A stretch of DNA of 64,000 nucleotides. Source: an uncultured Gammaproteobacteria bacterium. GTDB taxonomy: Bacteria > Patescibacteriota > Microgenomatia > 2-02-FULL-39-11. The notes below the pieces were generated by a model. That model was not told the origin of the DNA and ran no database searches. It saw only the letters and a program-made list of their open reading frames with translations. Position numbers and translations under genes: made by a program. Where the stretch lies: the NCBI GenBank assembly GCA_964544585.1, contig CAZJBV010000002.1:67468-131467 (forward strand). Reading direction: 5' to 3'. Positions 1-10,242 of this stretch are shown piece by piece. Each line of letters opens with the position of its first letter. The first letter of the stretch is position 1.

Positions 1-1
1 A

Positions 2-628
2 GCTCAAAGGTCCAAAAACACAATTTTAGTCTACAGCTCAACCGGCTCAGTTTATGGAGAGCCTCAATACCAACCACAAGACGAAAATCATCCACAAGAG
101 CCGGTTTCACCTTATGGGATCACAAAACTTGCCGCCGAAAAAATGGTCCTCTTGTGGCACAAAATATACAAAGTAAAATCAGTTGCGCTCCGCTATTACA
201 ATGTCTACGGACCACGTCAAAATTACGGTCCCACTGGCGGCATAATCTCGATCTTTATAAGTCGGCTCTTGAAAGAATTACCTCCTGTAATCGAAGGAAC
301 GGGAAATCAAGCGAGGTGTTTTACGTTTATTACAGACGTAGTCCGCGCCAATATACTTGCAGCCGAAAAAAAAGACGCGCTTGGAAATGCTTTAAATATT
401 GGTACCACAGAAGTAACTACAATCAATAAACTTGCCTCTCTAATACTAAAATTTTTTCATAAAAACATAAAACCGGTCTATGCTAAAAAAAGATTGGGAG
501 ACATCGATGAATTCAGACCTTCGCTTAGGAAAGCCCAAAAAATATTAGGCTACAAACCACAAGTCAAACTTAAAGACGGATTAAAACAAACAATTCAGTG
601 GATCACAAAAAATGAGAATGCCAAATAA
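2..628 (+). CDS. NAD-dependent epimerase/dehydratase (extended SDR, UDP-sugar 4-epimerase-like); C-terminal part only, the 5' end lies outside the window
   Basis: The frame is open from position 2. The translation contains the YxxxK active-site region 'PYGITKLAAEK' and an extended-SDR C-terminal domain. Confidence 0.8.
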   Translation, partial: AQRSKNTILVYSSTGSVYGEPQYQPQDENHPQEPVSPYGITKLAAEKMVLLWHKIYKVKSVALRYYNVYGPRQNYGPTGGIISIFISRLLKELPPVIEGTGNQARCFTFITDVVRANILAAEKKDALGNALNIGTTEVTTINKLASLILKFFHKNIKPVYAKKRLGDIDEFRPSLRKAQKILGYKPQVKLKDGLKQTIQWITKNENAK

Positions 629-1325
629 AAATAAATTATCAATAGTTATCCCTGTCCATAATGAAGAAAAAATTCTTAAAAAAAGTTTGTCTTATCTTAT
701 CAGCAATCTAAAAAAAATAAATCTTTCATATGAACTTATCATCGTCGAAAATGGAAGTACAGACAAATCAAAAGAAATAATCAACGGATTTGCTAAAAAA
801 AATAAAAACATCCGCTATATCTCTTTATCATTCCCAAGTTACGGAAACGCAATTCTCCTCGGATATAAATTGGCCAATAATGAAATTGTCTGCAATTTTT
901 CTGTAGACTGGATAGATATCGAATTCTTAAAAAAAGCCTTGAAGTTAATACCAAAGTTTGATTTAGTCGTTGCCACCAAAAATGCATTTCAAAGCCAGGA
1001 TAAGCGTCCATCAATAAGACATATAGGAGGAAAAATTTATCACATAATGGTCCGCCTACTTTTCGGATTACCCATTTCCGATACTCACGGTATCAAAGTA
1101 TTCAAAAGATTAAAAATTCTTCCCATCGTCAAAATTTGCGGAAACGAAAGCGAGACTTTTGATACAGAATTAGTAGTTAGAGTATACAAAAATGGTTTGG
1201 CTATTACCGAGGTGCCGGTATTAATAAGAGAAATGCGTCCAACAAGGGTCAAAGTACTTTCTCGGGGAATCAAAGGATTTCTTCAGCTTATAAACCTTAA
1301 ATTTAAAATCAGCGCTTTGCTGTAA
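612..1325 (+). CDS. GT2 glycosyltransferase, polyprenyl-phosphate sugar synthase-like (DPM1/GtrB-like)
   Basis: N-terminal 'LSIVIPVHNEE' and 'ELIIVENGSTDKS' are typical of the GT-A fold GT2 family. Confidence 0.8.
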   Translation: MRMPNKNKLSIVIPVHNEEKILKKSLSYLISNLKKINLSYELIIVENGSTDKSKEIINGFAKKNKNIRYISLSFPSYGNAILLGYKLANNEIVCNFSVDWIDIEFLKKALKLIPKFDLVVATKNAFQSQDKRPSIRHIGGKIYHIMVRLLFGLPISDTHGIKVFKRLKILPIVKICGNESETFDTELVVRVYKNGLAITEVPVLIREMRPTRVKVLSRGIKGFLQLINLKFKISALL

Positions 1326-1367
1326 CTAAAGTATTGCCTTATAATGTCTCCTAAAAGGGAATAAAAA

Positions 1368-2357
1368 ATGAAAAAAGCGCACCTAGCAGTAATCGGTGTC
1401 GGAACTATGGGAATAAACCATGTCAGAATCCTGTCCCAGTCCGATCGTTGTGAATTGGTTTGCGTTGCTGACGTATCGAATGATCTCTTAAAAAAGGTAT
1501 CAGCTCAGTATAAAGTAAAAGGATATTCCGATTATCTCCAAATGGTCGACGATGAAAAACTGGACGCGGTCATAGTAGCCGTTCCCACAAAACTCCATTT
1601 TCAGGTAGGAAGTGACATTATAAACAAAAAAATTTCTCTTCTCATCGAAAAACCTCTAGCCGCAACCGTCTCCGAATGTAAAAAACTCATTTCCATGGCT
1701 AAAGAGAAAAATGTTCTCCTCGGAGTGGGCCACGTAGAGAGATTTAACCCCGTCATCAAGGAAGTTAAAAAGCGCATGGCTGAAAATATTTTAGGAAAAA
1801 TATTTCAGATTGCCATAAGAAGAATTGGTCCATTTCCCCAAAGAGTAACTGATGTTGGCGTAGTTTTAGACTTAGCCACACACGACATTGATATCATGAT
1901 ATATCTGATAGGTGACAAAATAATTCGTGCCTATTCAGAATCAAATAGACTCATTCATTCAAAACATGAAGATTTATCTGCTAGCCTTTTTCGCTTTAAT
2001 AATGGAATTATCGGCGTCTTGGTTGAGAACTGGCTAAGCCCAACCAAAATAAGAGATTTATCTCTAAGCGGCGAAAAGGGGATGCTCATAGCAGATTTTA
2101 TTACCCAGGATTTATTTTTTTACGAAAACAACTACACCCCAAGTACATGGGGAAGCCTAGAAGTTTTTCGTGGCATGGCCGAAGGAAATATGACTCGCTT
2201 TTATATAAAAAAGGAAGAACCATTGAAAGTGGAACTTAATGCATTTCTAGACGCCGTTCTCTTAAATAAAAAGTTCATGGTCACAGACGAAGAAGGTCTT
2301 GAAGTTGTCCGGATATCAGAACACTTAATCCGCAAATCCAAAAGAGACCGACTATAA
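1368..2357 (+). CDS. Gfo/Idh/MocA family sugar oxidoreductase
   Basis: N-terminal Rossmann motif 'LAVIGVGTMGINHV' and Gfo/Idh/MocA-like architecture, comparable to UDP-sugar 3-dehydrogenases. Confidence 0.8.
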   Translation: MKKAHLAVIGVGTMGINHVRILSQSDRCELVCVADVSNDLLKKVSAQYKVKGYSDYLQMVDDEKLDAVIVAVPTKLHFQVGSDIINKKISLLIEKPLAATVSECKKLISMAKEKNVLLGVGHVERFNPVIKEVKKRMAENILGKIFQIAIRRIGPFPQRVTDVGVVLDLATHDIDIMIYLIGDKIIRAYSESNRLIHSKHEDLSASLFRFNNGIIGVLVENWLSPTKIRDLSLSGEKGMLIADFITQDLFFYENNYTPSTWGSLEVFRGMAEGNMTRFYIKKEEPLKVELNAFLDAVLLNKKFMVTDEEGLEVVRISEHLIRKSKRDRL

Positions 2358-4018
2358 TGCAGACGAAGATTCGTAATCCACTTATTGCCACAGCAATTAT
2401 TATATTCATCCTCTTTGGAATTTCATTTATATCAGTGAAAAGTTACTACACCCAAGGTTTACCATATTATGATTCGATCGGCGCATATTGGAACATGTTT
2501 TCAATTATGAACATTACTAGATCCCAGGGATTTATAGCAGGTATAAATCAAGCCACTTTATATCCTCTCTCTTGGTTACAGTCCTTTTTTGCTGTTTTAG
2601 CAGCATTCTTTTTAGAAAAAAATCCACAACAATTAATAATTCTCAATTTTATCTGTCTTTTTATCCTCATTTTTTCATTACATAAAGTAACAAAAAGCCT
2701 TCAATTATCCAATTTTCAATCTTACCTAATTTTCCTCATCCCTCTTATACCAGCATCACTCTTCTGGTGGAAGGGGGGTTATATTGATTTAAGAAGAGAT
2801 GCGAGCTTTGTTACCCTTTTAGCTGCATCATATTTCTTTTTATCCTCATTTCTCTTCAAGCCAAAAGTATCGTCTGGATTAATCTGTGGGATTGTCTTAG
2901 GTCTAACGCAATGGTCACGGGGAAATGCTTTACCTCAAATTATTTTAACAGCGCTTACCGTTTATGGTACGTATTTTACTGATAAAAATATAAGAGCAAA
3001 TTGGCGCGATGTAGTTTCTAAAAGTTCTTTTATTATATTTTCATTCGCTACCCTTGCCATTCCCTTTTATTTATATAATATAGAAATTATTATCCTTCAG
3101 TATAGTAATAATTGGGCGATAAACGGAGATAGAATACGCTCTTTTATTGATTTTCTACCTGCCGGATTAGTATTTATGCTAGGGTATACCTCAAAGGAAA
3201 TTATAATAAGTTTTCTATTTTTCAGCTTAATACTATTCATATTTTTCTATCTTTTTTATAAAAAGAAAGTCACTTTCAATAATAATATTTTTAAACAAAA
3301 ATATTCATTCTATTTTAAATCGGGAGTTCTCTTATATTTATTGATATTTTTCTTTAATGTATTTGTTGTGGGTATTATGAAAAATCTTGGAGACCATCAG
3401 GCATATTTACCATTTTTTCCCTTAATTATAGGCTTATATTCTATATTAGTTTTCCTTGTCGCTAGCATGAAGTTTAAAAAAGCTCAGGAATCACATATTT
3501 TTAAAGTACTACTTATTCTTTCAATGATATTTATAGTAGCAACTACAATTCGCATAAAAGCAAATAAACCTCCCACTGATAAACAGCTTCACGATCAAGC
3601 AAAGCAAATAGTGAGAGATATAGGTAAAGATCTAGGCGGTAGGACGGTCGCCTACCTTTGGCTCGAAGATATAAATGTCCATACCCTAAATTTTTATTTA
3701 ACCCAAAGAGGATTTGAACCTATAAGGACATCATCAAGAATAAGCAAGAATGTAGATATCGAAAATCCCCCCGTCTCTTACATATCAATTGCCGACCAAC
3801 AAAAAGAATTTGCCGAAGGGTTACGCACCAAAGATTTTATAGTCTTTGCCCAAAATACATCTTTATACGAAAATAAAAACGCCTTTTTCTCCATGTTCGT
3901 CTTCGGAAAACCCGTCTTAGATGAGTTGCTGGTTGATGATAATTTTGCCAAATATCATACTTTCACTATTCGAGATACTCCCTTCATAGTTCTGAAAAAT
4001 CAAATAGAAAGAAAATAA
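2357..4018 (+). CDS. polytopic membrane protein of unknown function
   Basis: 553-aa ORF with many hydrophobic segments and a soluble C-terminal region. No motif recognised. Confidence 0.55.
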   Translation: MQTKIRNPLIATAIIIFILFGISFISVKSYYTQGLPYYDSIGAYWNMFSIMNITRSQGFIAGINQATLYPLSWLQSFFAVLAAFFLEKNPQQLIILNFICLFILIFSLHKVTKSLQLSNFQSYLIFLIPLIPASLFWWKGGYIDLRRDASFVTLLAASYFFLSSFLFKPKVSSGLICGIVLGLTQWSRGNALPQIILTALTVYGTYFTDKNIRANWRDVVSKSSFIIFSFATLAIPFYLYNIEIIILQYSNNWAINGDRIRSFIDFLPAGLVFMLGYTSKEIIISFLFFSLILFIFFYLFYKKKVTFNNNIFKQKYSFYFKSGVLLYLLIFFFNVFVVGIMKNLGDHQAYLPFFPLIIGLYSILVFLVASMKFKKAQESHIFKVLLILSMIFIVATTIRIKANKPPTDKQLHDQAKQIVRDIGKDLGGRTVAYLWLEDINVHTLNFYLTQRGFEPIRTSSRISKNVDIENPPVSYISIADQQKEFAEGLRTKDFIVFAQNTSLYENKNAFFSMFVFGKPVLDELLVDDNFAKYHTFTIRDTPFIVLKNQIERK

Positions 4019-5986
4019 TTACAATACTTTTTTTAAATACAAAGATGGATAGTAATACTCTGTGGTTTTCGGTGACCAAAATTTTTTATATAAGATGCCT
4101 TTATATTTGATTTCATCATCTTTAGTTCTCGATGAAACTATAATACAAGGATCAAAATCTTTATAAGAGTCTTTACTCGAAAATATTGAAGAGACGTTTT
4201 GAACTAATATATGTTCTATTCTATAGTTTTGCTTTTTGTGATTCAGTAAAAGCCAATAAAGATATTCAGGATCATCGCCCCAGACAAATAGACCAATATG
4301 TTTACACCGAGTTAAAGAGATTTCCTTTACCGTATCATTATAAATTTGTTTTAGATTTCTCATTTGGTTAAAGTATTGATCTGAACGATCAAATTTAGAA
4401 AATCCAAAATAGAGAAGAGATCGATCTTGATTATTGATTATATAAGGAAGAGAAGTAATCATGAGTATCGAAAGCAGAACTAAATATATTTTTTTTGGCA
4501 TCAAATAAAGAGTTATACCAATTGGGACTGATGACATTATAAAAAAGGGAAGGTGAAGGCGACTATGCCAGGGTTGCCACTTAAGATAAAAAGAAAAAAG
4601 AAGAAAACCTGTGGCTGTAGCAAAAATATATCCAAAAAATAAGAACCGCCTAGTCCTTTTAATATGCTTCACTGTTGGCAAAATCAAAATAATACTTATA
4701 ACAAAAAGAAATATATGTATAAAATTCCCTGCAGTTCCATCAGATGCCCCTATGGAAGATACAATATTTTGATATCCGAAAGTAGTATTACTCCAAGTAA
4801 TTCGCTTATCATTGGTATTTATTCCCATGAAACGATGTGTCTCAAGTACTGAGTGGTAAAAGAAGTCGTTTAGAAAATTACTCTGTGTTCCTAAATGAAG
4901 GCTAGTATTACGAAGTAGATTAGATATAAGAAATCTTATATCATGAGTTTCATTCGTATAACGAAGATTATCGTTTGAAAACTCTCTATTCGGTCCAAAA
5001 GGATTTGAAAAGGTTTTGAAATTACGTATATAAAAAAAAGAATTTATACAAATTACAACGATAATTAAAAAAATAACGAACAAGAATGCCTTAAATTTAA
5101 TTTTTTTGAATGAGCAAATACCAAATAAAACAATATAAGGAGTCAAAAAAAGATAGGCAGTCGGTTTCGTCAAAATAGCTAATCCGAGACTACATCCAGC
5201 CAACAATAGATAAAAAAAACTATAGTCACGTAATGATTGCCAAGAAAAGAACAAAGAACAGACAAGCCAGGCTGATAATATATAGTCATTATTTGTTCCA
5301 GTTGATTGAAGAATACCCATTGGAAGCGTAATAAGAATAAAGCCTGATATCAACTGGGCATTTCTGTCAGAAATAAAAAATTTAGTAATAAGTGAAATGC
5401 CGATGAGAGAAATAACCATGCCAAGCCATTGAGGAAGATTAAAAAATCTATCAGATGCAGATAAGATATAAAAATGAAGTAATAAGTATTCTGACCATGG
5501 ACTAGTATATAATTGACGCAAAATATGAGTGGGATAAAATTCAACAGTATGATTTTGAATCCAGTGCGTAATTTTCGGTAAATGATAAGAAATGACGTCT
5601 CCCGTATTCGGAGGATAACTGAGGGCGAGAAAAAGAGTAACTAATAAAACAAATAGTATAAAAGCAAAAATGATGATTTCAAATGGTGATTTAATGACTG
5701 AAAAATATAGAGATTTGATTTTATTGAAAAGAATCACTCTCAAAAATTTAATACGTGAGTGTTGTCGATTAGAAATGTAAATTAGGATTAAAATAACCGA
5801 TAACCAAAACAAGAGTATACTTTTAAATTCTAACAAACGAATCAAACTGAGAAGTTCTGTAATTATTGTTAAAATTATTCCGAAGAAAACTACAGATATA
5901 AGAACAGACTGTCGAATACCAAATTTCGCTTGATAGATGATTCGAAAGAGTAAAACAAATATAATTAACAAAAGTAAAAGTGCCAT
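4019..5986 (-). CDS. GT-C fold-like integral membrane glycosyltransferase
   Basis: 655-aa ORF with more than 10 predicted TM helices. Architecture and the 'LTKPTA' region are typical of polyprenyl-P-sugar dependent GT-C enzymes. Confidence 0.55.
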   Translation of the reverse strand: MALLLLLIIFVLLFRIIYQAKFGIRQSVLISVVFFGIILTIITELLSLIRLLEFKSILLFWLSVILILIYISNRQHSRIKFLRVILFNKIKSLYFSVIKSPFEIIIFAFILFVLLVTLFLALSYPPNTGDVISYHLPKITHWIQNHTVEFYPTHILRQLYTSPWSEYLLLHFYILSASDRFFNLPQWLGMVISLIGISLITKFFISDRNAQLISGFILITLPMGILQSTGTNNDYILSAWLVCSLFFSWQSLRDYSFFYLLLAGCSLGLAILTKPTAYLFLTPYIVLFGICSFKKIKFKAFLFVIFLIIVVICINSFFYIRNFKTFSNPFGPNREFSNDNLRYTNETHDIRFLISNLLRNTSLHLGTQSNFLNDFFYHSVLETHRFMGINTNDKRITWSNTTFGYQNIVSSIGASDGTAGNFIHIFLFVISIILILPTVKHIKRTRRFLFFGYIFATATGFLLFSFYLKWQPWHSRLHLPFFIMSSVPIGITLYLMPKKIYLVLLSILMITSLPYIINNQDRSLLYFGFSKFDRSDQYFNQMRNLKQIYNDTVKEISLTRCKHIGLFVWGDDPEYLYWLLLNHKKQNYRIEHILVQNVSSIFSSKDSYKDFDPCIIVSSRTKDDEIKYKGILYKKFWSPKTTEYYYPSLYLKKVL

Positions 5987-6019
5987 AAAATATATGCTAT
6001 CTAATATTAAGAAAATTAA

Positions 6020-8566
6020 TTGAAGTATAAAATAATGCAGAGAATTTTAATAGCAACATCTACAGGAGGACATAAAGTAGTAATCGAACTGGAAAGATTA
6101 CTTGCTGTTGCCCTAAAAGAACGTAAGGCAGACGTGCATTTGCTTTTATGTGATAAATTCTTGCCTGCATGTCTTATGGCAGCGGCTCAAGATTTCAAAG
6201 ATCAAAAAGAATATGCAGACTATGGTCCCAGAAAATCATTGTGCGATAGCTGCTACAAATATGGTCTTAGTAAATATGAAAATCTTGGATTGCCCATACA
6301 TCGTTATAGTGAGTTAACCACAGAGAGCGAAAATCAGCAATCGTATAAATTAGCATCCTCCTTACCTGTAGACAAAATCACCAATTTTATGAAAAATGAA
6401 GTAAAAATAGGAGAACACACTACAGCAGGAACTCTAAGATATTTTGCCAAAGGAGACTTAGCAGGCGAAGAATACGGAGAAAAGATTCTTCGGCGATATT
6501 TTCATGCGGGACTTCTTACATATTATGCCATTGAACGTCTAATAAAGATGGTTGATTTTGACGTCACTGTTTTCCATCATGGAATATATATTCCACAGGG
6601 TATTATTGGAGAAGTCTTAAGAAAGAATAAAATAAGAGTCGTAAATTGGAATCCGGCATACAGAAAACGTTGCTTCATATTTAGCCATAACGATACATAC
6701 CACCATACACTTTTAAGTGAACCTACAAATAAATGGGAAAGTATGCGCTGGACTAGAAAAATGGATTCACAGCTAACGGATTACCTCAAAAGTAGACTTG
6801 TAGGAACCAAAGACTGGATTTGGTTTCATGAAAACCCACTTTTTGAAGTCAATGTAATTGAGAAAGAATTAGGTATAGATTTCAAAAAACCCACAATCGG
6901 ACTTCTAACCAACGTCATGTGGGATGCCCAGTTGCACTATAAGTCCAATGCGTTTAAAAACATGATGGAGTGGTTAGTAGCAACAATCAAATATTTTAAA
7001 GAGAGGAAAGACCTCCAACTCGTTATAAGAGTACATCCAGCGGAAGTCAGAGGTACATTACCTTCCCGACAGAAAGTTGGAGACGAATTAAACAGACACT
7101 TTCCCAAACTTCCTCCTAATATTTTTATTATTCCCCCAGAGAGTAATATCAGTACCTATCCTGTAATTTACAACTGCAATGCAGTTTTGATTTATGGGAC
7201 AAAAACAGGTGTTGAATTGACAAGTATGGGAATACCAGTCATCGTCGCCGGAGAAGCATGGATTAGAAATAAAGGCATTACCTACGATGCAAAGAGCCCT
7301 AAAGACTATATAAAAATATTGGCCAAACTACCGTATAAAGCAAAAATGTCAAAGAGTAAAATTTTGAGAGCCAAAAAATATGCTTACCATTTTTTCTTTA
7401 GACGGATGATTCCTTTGACATCAATCGAGGAGAAAGTTGAATGGCCCCATTTTTTAGCTAATATAAGCACGAAGAAGAATTTGCTATACGGCAAAGACAA
7501 GGGCTTAGACACCATCTGTAATGGCATATTGAAAGGAACCGATTTTATATATAAAGCAGAGGAAGAAAAAGATTCTATTTATAAGTCAGGACTACCTAAG
7601 TTAAAAGCTTTTGCGCTTTCTTATCATTTAGATAAAAGTAAATCACACGAGGTGTTAGTGAAAGAACCTTTATCTAAGTATTGCCAGATTTTATTTGAAT
7701 CATCTGATGACCGAAATACTAAACCAAAGTATATAAACAAATCTTTTCTTTCCAGACCGATCATTTTTCACCAAAGGCCACCCCCTTCTGAATTTTTAGA
7801 GCAGGAAAACCTTAAACTTGTATGGATCCCCATGTGGGACCATATTAAAGATTACCCTAATTCTTGGTGGAATAGTTTGCCGAAAAATCTAAGAATAATA
7901 GCTTTCTCAGAAAAAGTATACGAGAAGGCAACCAAGTTTAATATACCATCGCTGCGTGTAAAGTATTATTTAAACCCTCATATAACCCAAAAAGCTTCAT
8001 GGGATCAAGGAAGAATACTTTTCTATTGGAATAGAGTTGGCCTCTTTAATAAAGCGTTTCTGGAAAGATTGTGCCGGGAAATTGCTATCACAAAACTTAT
8101 TTTTCAAAAGGAGATAGATCCTGGAATAAATAGTTATGCATATTTTAATTTGCCATCTAAATTTGGAAAGACTAAAGTAGAAATAATCTCCCGGCATTTA
8201 CCGAAGGAAAAGTATCACCAAAAACTCGAGGAAGCAAATATCTATCTTGCCCCAAGACCGATAGAAGGAGTAGGATTAACTTATCTTGAGGCTCTAGCAC
8301 GTGGGGCAGCAGTCTTAAGCATTGATGCCCCTAGCATGAATGAATATATCACCCATAAAAAAAATGGCTATTTTTTTAAAATAAAACAAAAAAGATGGTG
8401 GAATACTAGAAAAGCTACAGAAATAAATACGAATCAAAATTGGGCAGAATTAAGAAACTTAGATTATGAATCGCTGGGTTTGAACGGACTACATGAACAT
8501 GAAATTGGATTTGAGAGTTGGGTCAAAGATATTCCGAAATATTATAAATTCATTACAGACTGGTAA
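6020..8566 (+). CDS. two-domain glycosyltransferase: N-terminal GT-B domain with HP motif (sialyltransferase/KpsC-like) plus C-terminal GT4-like domain
   Basis: 848 aa. 'LVIRVHPAEV' is an HP motif; the C-terminal 'GVGLTYLEALARGAAVLS' resembles the GT4 donor-binding motif. The ORF begins at TTG 6020; the first ATG is at 6035. Confidence 0.6.
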   Translation: MKYKIMQRILIATSTGGHKVVIELERLLAVALKERKADVHLLLCDKFLPACLMAAAQDFKDQKEYADYGPRKSLCDSCYKYGLSKYENLGLPIHRYSELTTESENQQSYKLASSLPVDKITNFMKNEVKIGEHTTAGTLRYFAKGDLAGEEYGEKILRRYFHAGLLTYYAIERLIKMVDFDVTVFHHGIYIPQGIIGEVLRKNKIRVVNWNPAYRKRCFIFSHNDTYHHTLLSEPTNKWESMRWTRKMDSQLTDYLKSRLVGTKDWIWFHENPLFEVNVIEKELGIDFKKPTIGLLTNVMWDAQLHYKSNAFKNMMEWLVATIKYFKERKDLQLVIRVHPAEVRGTLPSRQKVGDELNRHFPKLPPNIFIIPPESNISTYPVIYNCNAVLIYGTKTGVELTSMGIPVIVAGEAWIRNKGITYDAKSPKDYIKILAKLPYKAKMSKSKILRAKKYAYHFFFRRMIPLTSIEEKVEWPHFLANISTKKNLLYGKDKGLDTICNGILKGTDFIYKAEEEKDSIYKSGLPKLKAFALSYHLDKSKSHEVLVKEPLSKYCQILFESSDDRNTKPKYINKSFLSRPIIFHQRPPPSEFLEQENLKLVWIPMWDHIKDYPNSWWNSLPKNLRIIAFSEKVYEKATKFNIPSLRVKYYLNPHITQKASWDQGRILFYWNRVGLFNKAFLERLCREIAITKLIFQKEIDPGINSYAYFNLPSKFGKTKVEIISRHLPKEKYHQKLEEANIYLAPRPIEGVGLTYLEALARGAAVLSIDAPSMNEYITHKKNGYFFKIKQKRWWNTRKATEINTNQNWAELRNLDYESLGLNGLHEHEIGFESWVKDIPKYYKFITDW

Positions 8567-9535
8567 ATGATAATTCAAAATCCAAATTTAAGTATCATTG
8601 TTACATCCAGAAATGATAATCACGATAATACGCTTCTCAAAAGAATGAGAATTTTTTATACAAATTTACTCTATCAACTGGAAAAATATAAGCTTCCGGG
8701 AGAATTAATTATTGTGGAATGGAATCCTCCACGAAACAAACCCCCGCTTGCTATGGTTTTACCAAAGATAGAGAAAAATCCATATGCAAAAGTAAAAATA
8801 ATTACAGTACCTAACTCCATCCATAAACGATTTCCGAATTCTAAAGTACTTGGACTTTATCAATTTATTGCTAAAAATGTTGGAATCAGAAGAGCAAAGG
8901 GCAAATTTATTCTGGTAACCAACATAGATATATTATTTTCAAGTAAAGTCATAGAATATCTAAACAAAAAAAAGCTAGATAGAGGTATTTTATTGCGATC
9001 AATCAGATTTGATATTCCGGCAAATATCAATGAAAAATGGCCAGTTTCTCAAAGGCTACAATTTTGTGAAAAAAATGCATTCAATGCATATCGGCCAAAT
9101 AATGACTCATCCATAATTAATTTTATTAGAAGGACTATTAATAATAGAGTATCGGAAGGAATATTCACGAATGCATGCGGTGATTTTACATTACTTTCGA
9201 AGGAAGCTTGGTTCTCACTTCGGGGTTATCCGGAATTTCCTTTGCACGGCGTAAAAATTGATGGATTATTGGTATATCAAGCATTCTTTGCTGGTAGCAA
9301 TCAGTTTATACTTCCAGAAAACGCATGTATCTACCACATAGAGCACGAAAATAGCTGGTCAAGTGACAAAAGTATAACTTTACAAGATAAACTGAGAAAA
9401 AAAGATATTCCTTTTCTGACATCAGAGAAATACAGAAATTACATCGAAAAAATGAGAAGAGGGAAGGGGAAATTTCTTTTTAATGATAATACTTGGGGGT
9501 TGAAGGATGAAAATTTAGTAGAATTAATACTCTAA
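8567..9535 (+). CDS. GT-A fold glycosyltransferase-like protein
   Basis: 'LSIIVTSRNDNHDN' and 'KFILVTNIDILF' resemble GT2 N-terminal and DxD regions. Confidence 0.5.
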   Translation: MIIQNPNLSIIVTSRNDNHDNTLLKRMRIFYTNLLYQLEKYKLPGELIIVEWNPPRNKPPLAMVLPKIEKNPYAKVKIITVPNSIHKRFPNSKVLGLYQFIAKNVGIRRAKGKFILVTNIDILFSSKVIEYLNKKKLDRGILLRSIRFDIPANINEKWPVSQRLQFCEKNAFNAYRPNNDSSIINFIRRTINNRVSEGIFTNACGDFTLLSKEAWFSLRGYPEFPLHGVKIDGLLVYQAFFAGSNQFILPENACIYHIEHENSWSSDKSITLQDKLRKKDIPFLTSEKYRNYIEKMRRGKGKFLFNDNTWGLKDENLVELIL

Positions 9536-9543
9536 TTATTCCA

Positions 9544-10242
9544 ATGATAAATATTAAAAATTTCTTGCCTTTAAGTAAAAATAAAATACCCACGTTAGAT
9601 CAAGAATTATGGCTAAAACAACAGGAAATTAAAACTTTTATCGATATAGGGGCGTATGTAGGAGAATACGTTGATTATGCCTACAGATTATATCCGAAAG
9701 CAAATATTTATGCTTTTGAACCTCTCCTTGATAGTTACAATTTATTAGTCAAGAAGAAAAATTACATAAAAAATCTTTATACATATAATATAGCTCTGGG
9801 AAATAAGAAATATAAAAGCACATTTTATCGAAGTTCATATGCCCCTTCCTCCTCAATCTTACAAATGGGCATATCTCATAAGAAAAACTTTCCCCATACT
9901 GCAAACCTAAAAAAAGAATACGTAAAAGTAGACACGTTAGATAATGTATTCAGGAAGGAAGAACTAAAGACAAAAATTTTTGTTAAGATTGATACGCAAG
10001 GTTATGAAGATAGGGTAATAAAAGGAGGGGAAAAAACATTAAAAAGAACTGCAATCATCCAAACGGAAGTAAGCTTCGTCCTTCTGTATAAAGGACAAAA
10101 ATTGTTTGGTGATATTTATAATTTACTTGCAAATTTAGGCTTTATTTTCTGTGGTTATCGCAATCAAATTTTATCTCCCAAGAATGGGAAACCTCTCCAG
10201 GCCCATGTTTATTTTATAAATCCTTTAAGACTAAAATTATGA
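9544..10242 (+). CDS. FkbM family methyltransferase
   Basis: 'FIDIGAYVGEY...AFEP' and 'KIDTQGYEDRVIKG' match the Methyltransf_21/FkbM pattern. Confidence 0.8.
   Translation: MINIKNFLPLSKNKIPTLDQELWLKQQEIKTFIDIGAYVGEYVDYAYRLYPKANIYAFEPLLDSYNLLVKKKNYIKNLYTYNIALGNKKYKSTFYRSSYAPSSSILQMGISHKKNFPHTANLKKEYVKVDTLDNVFRKEELKTKIFVKIDTQGYEDRVIKGGEKTLKRTAIIQTEVSFVLLYKGQKLFGDIYNLLANLGFIFCGYRNQILSPKNGKPLQAHVYFINPLRLKL

Noticed and set aside
4186-5544. Several 60-64-aa ORFs on the + strand inside the 4019..5986 minus-strand gene
   Set aside because: They are antisense to a long membrane-protein CDS. They have AT-rich low-complexity translations and no supporting signal.
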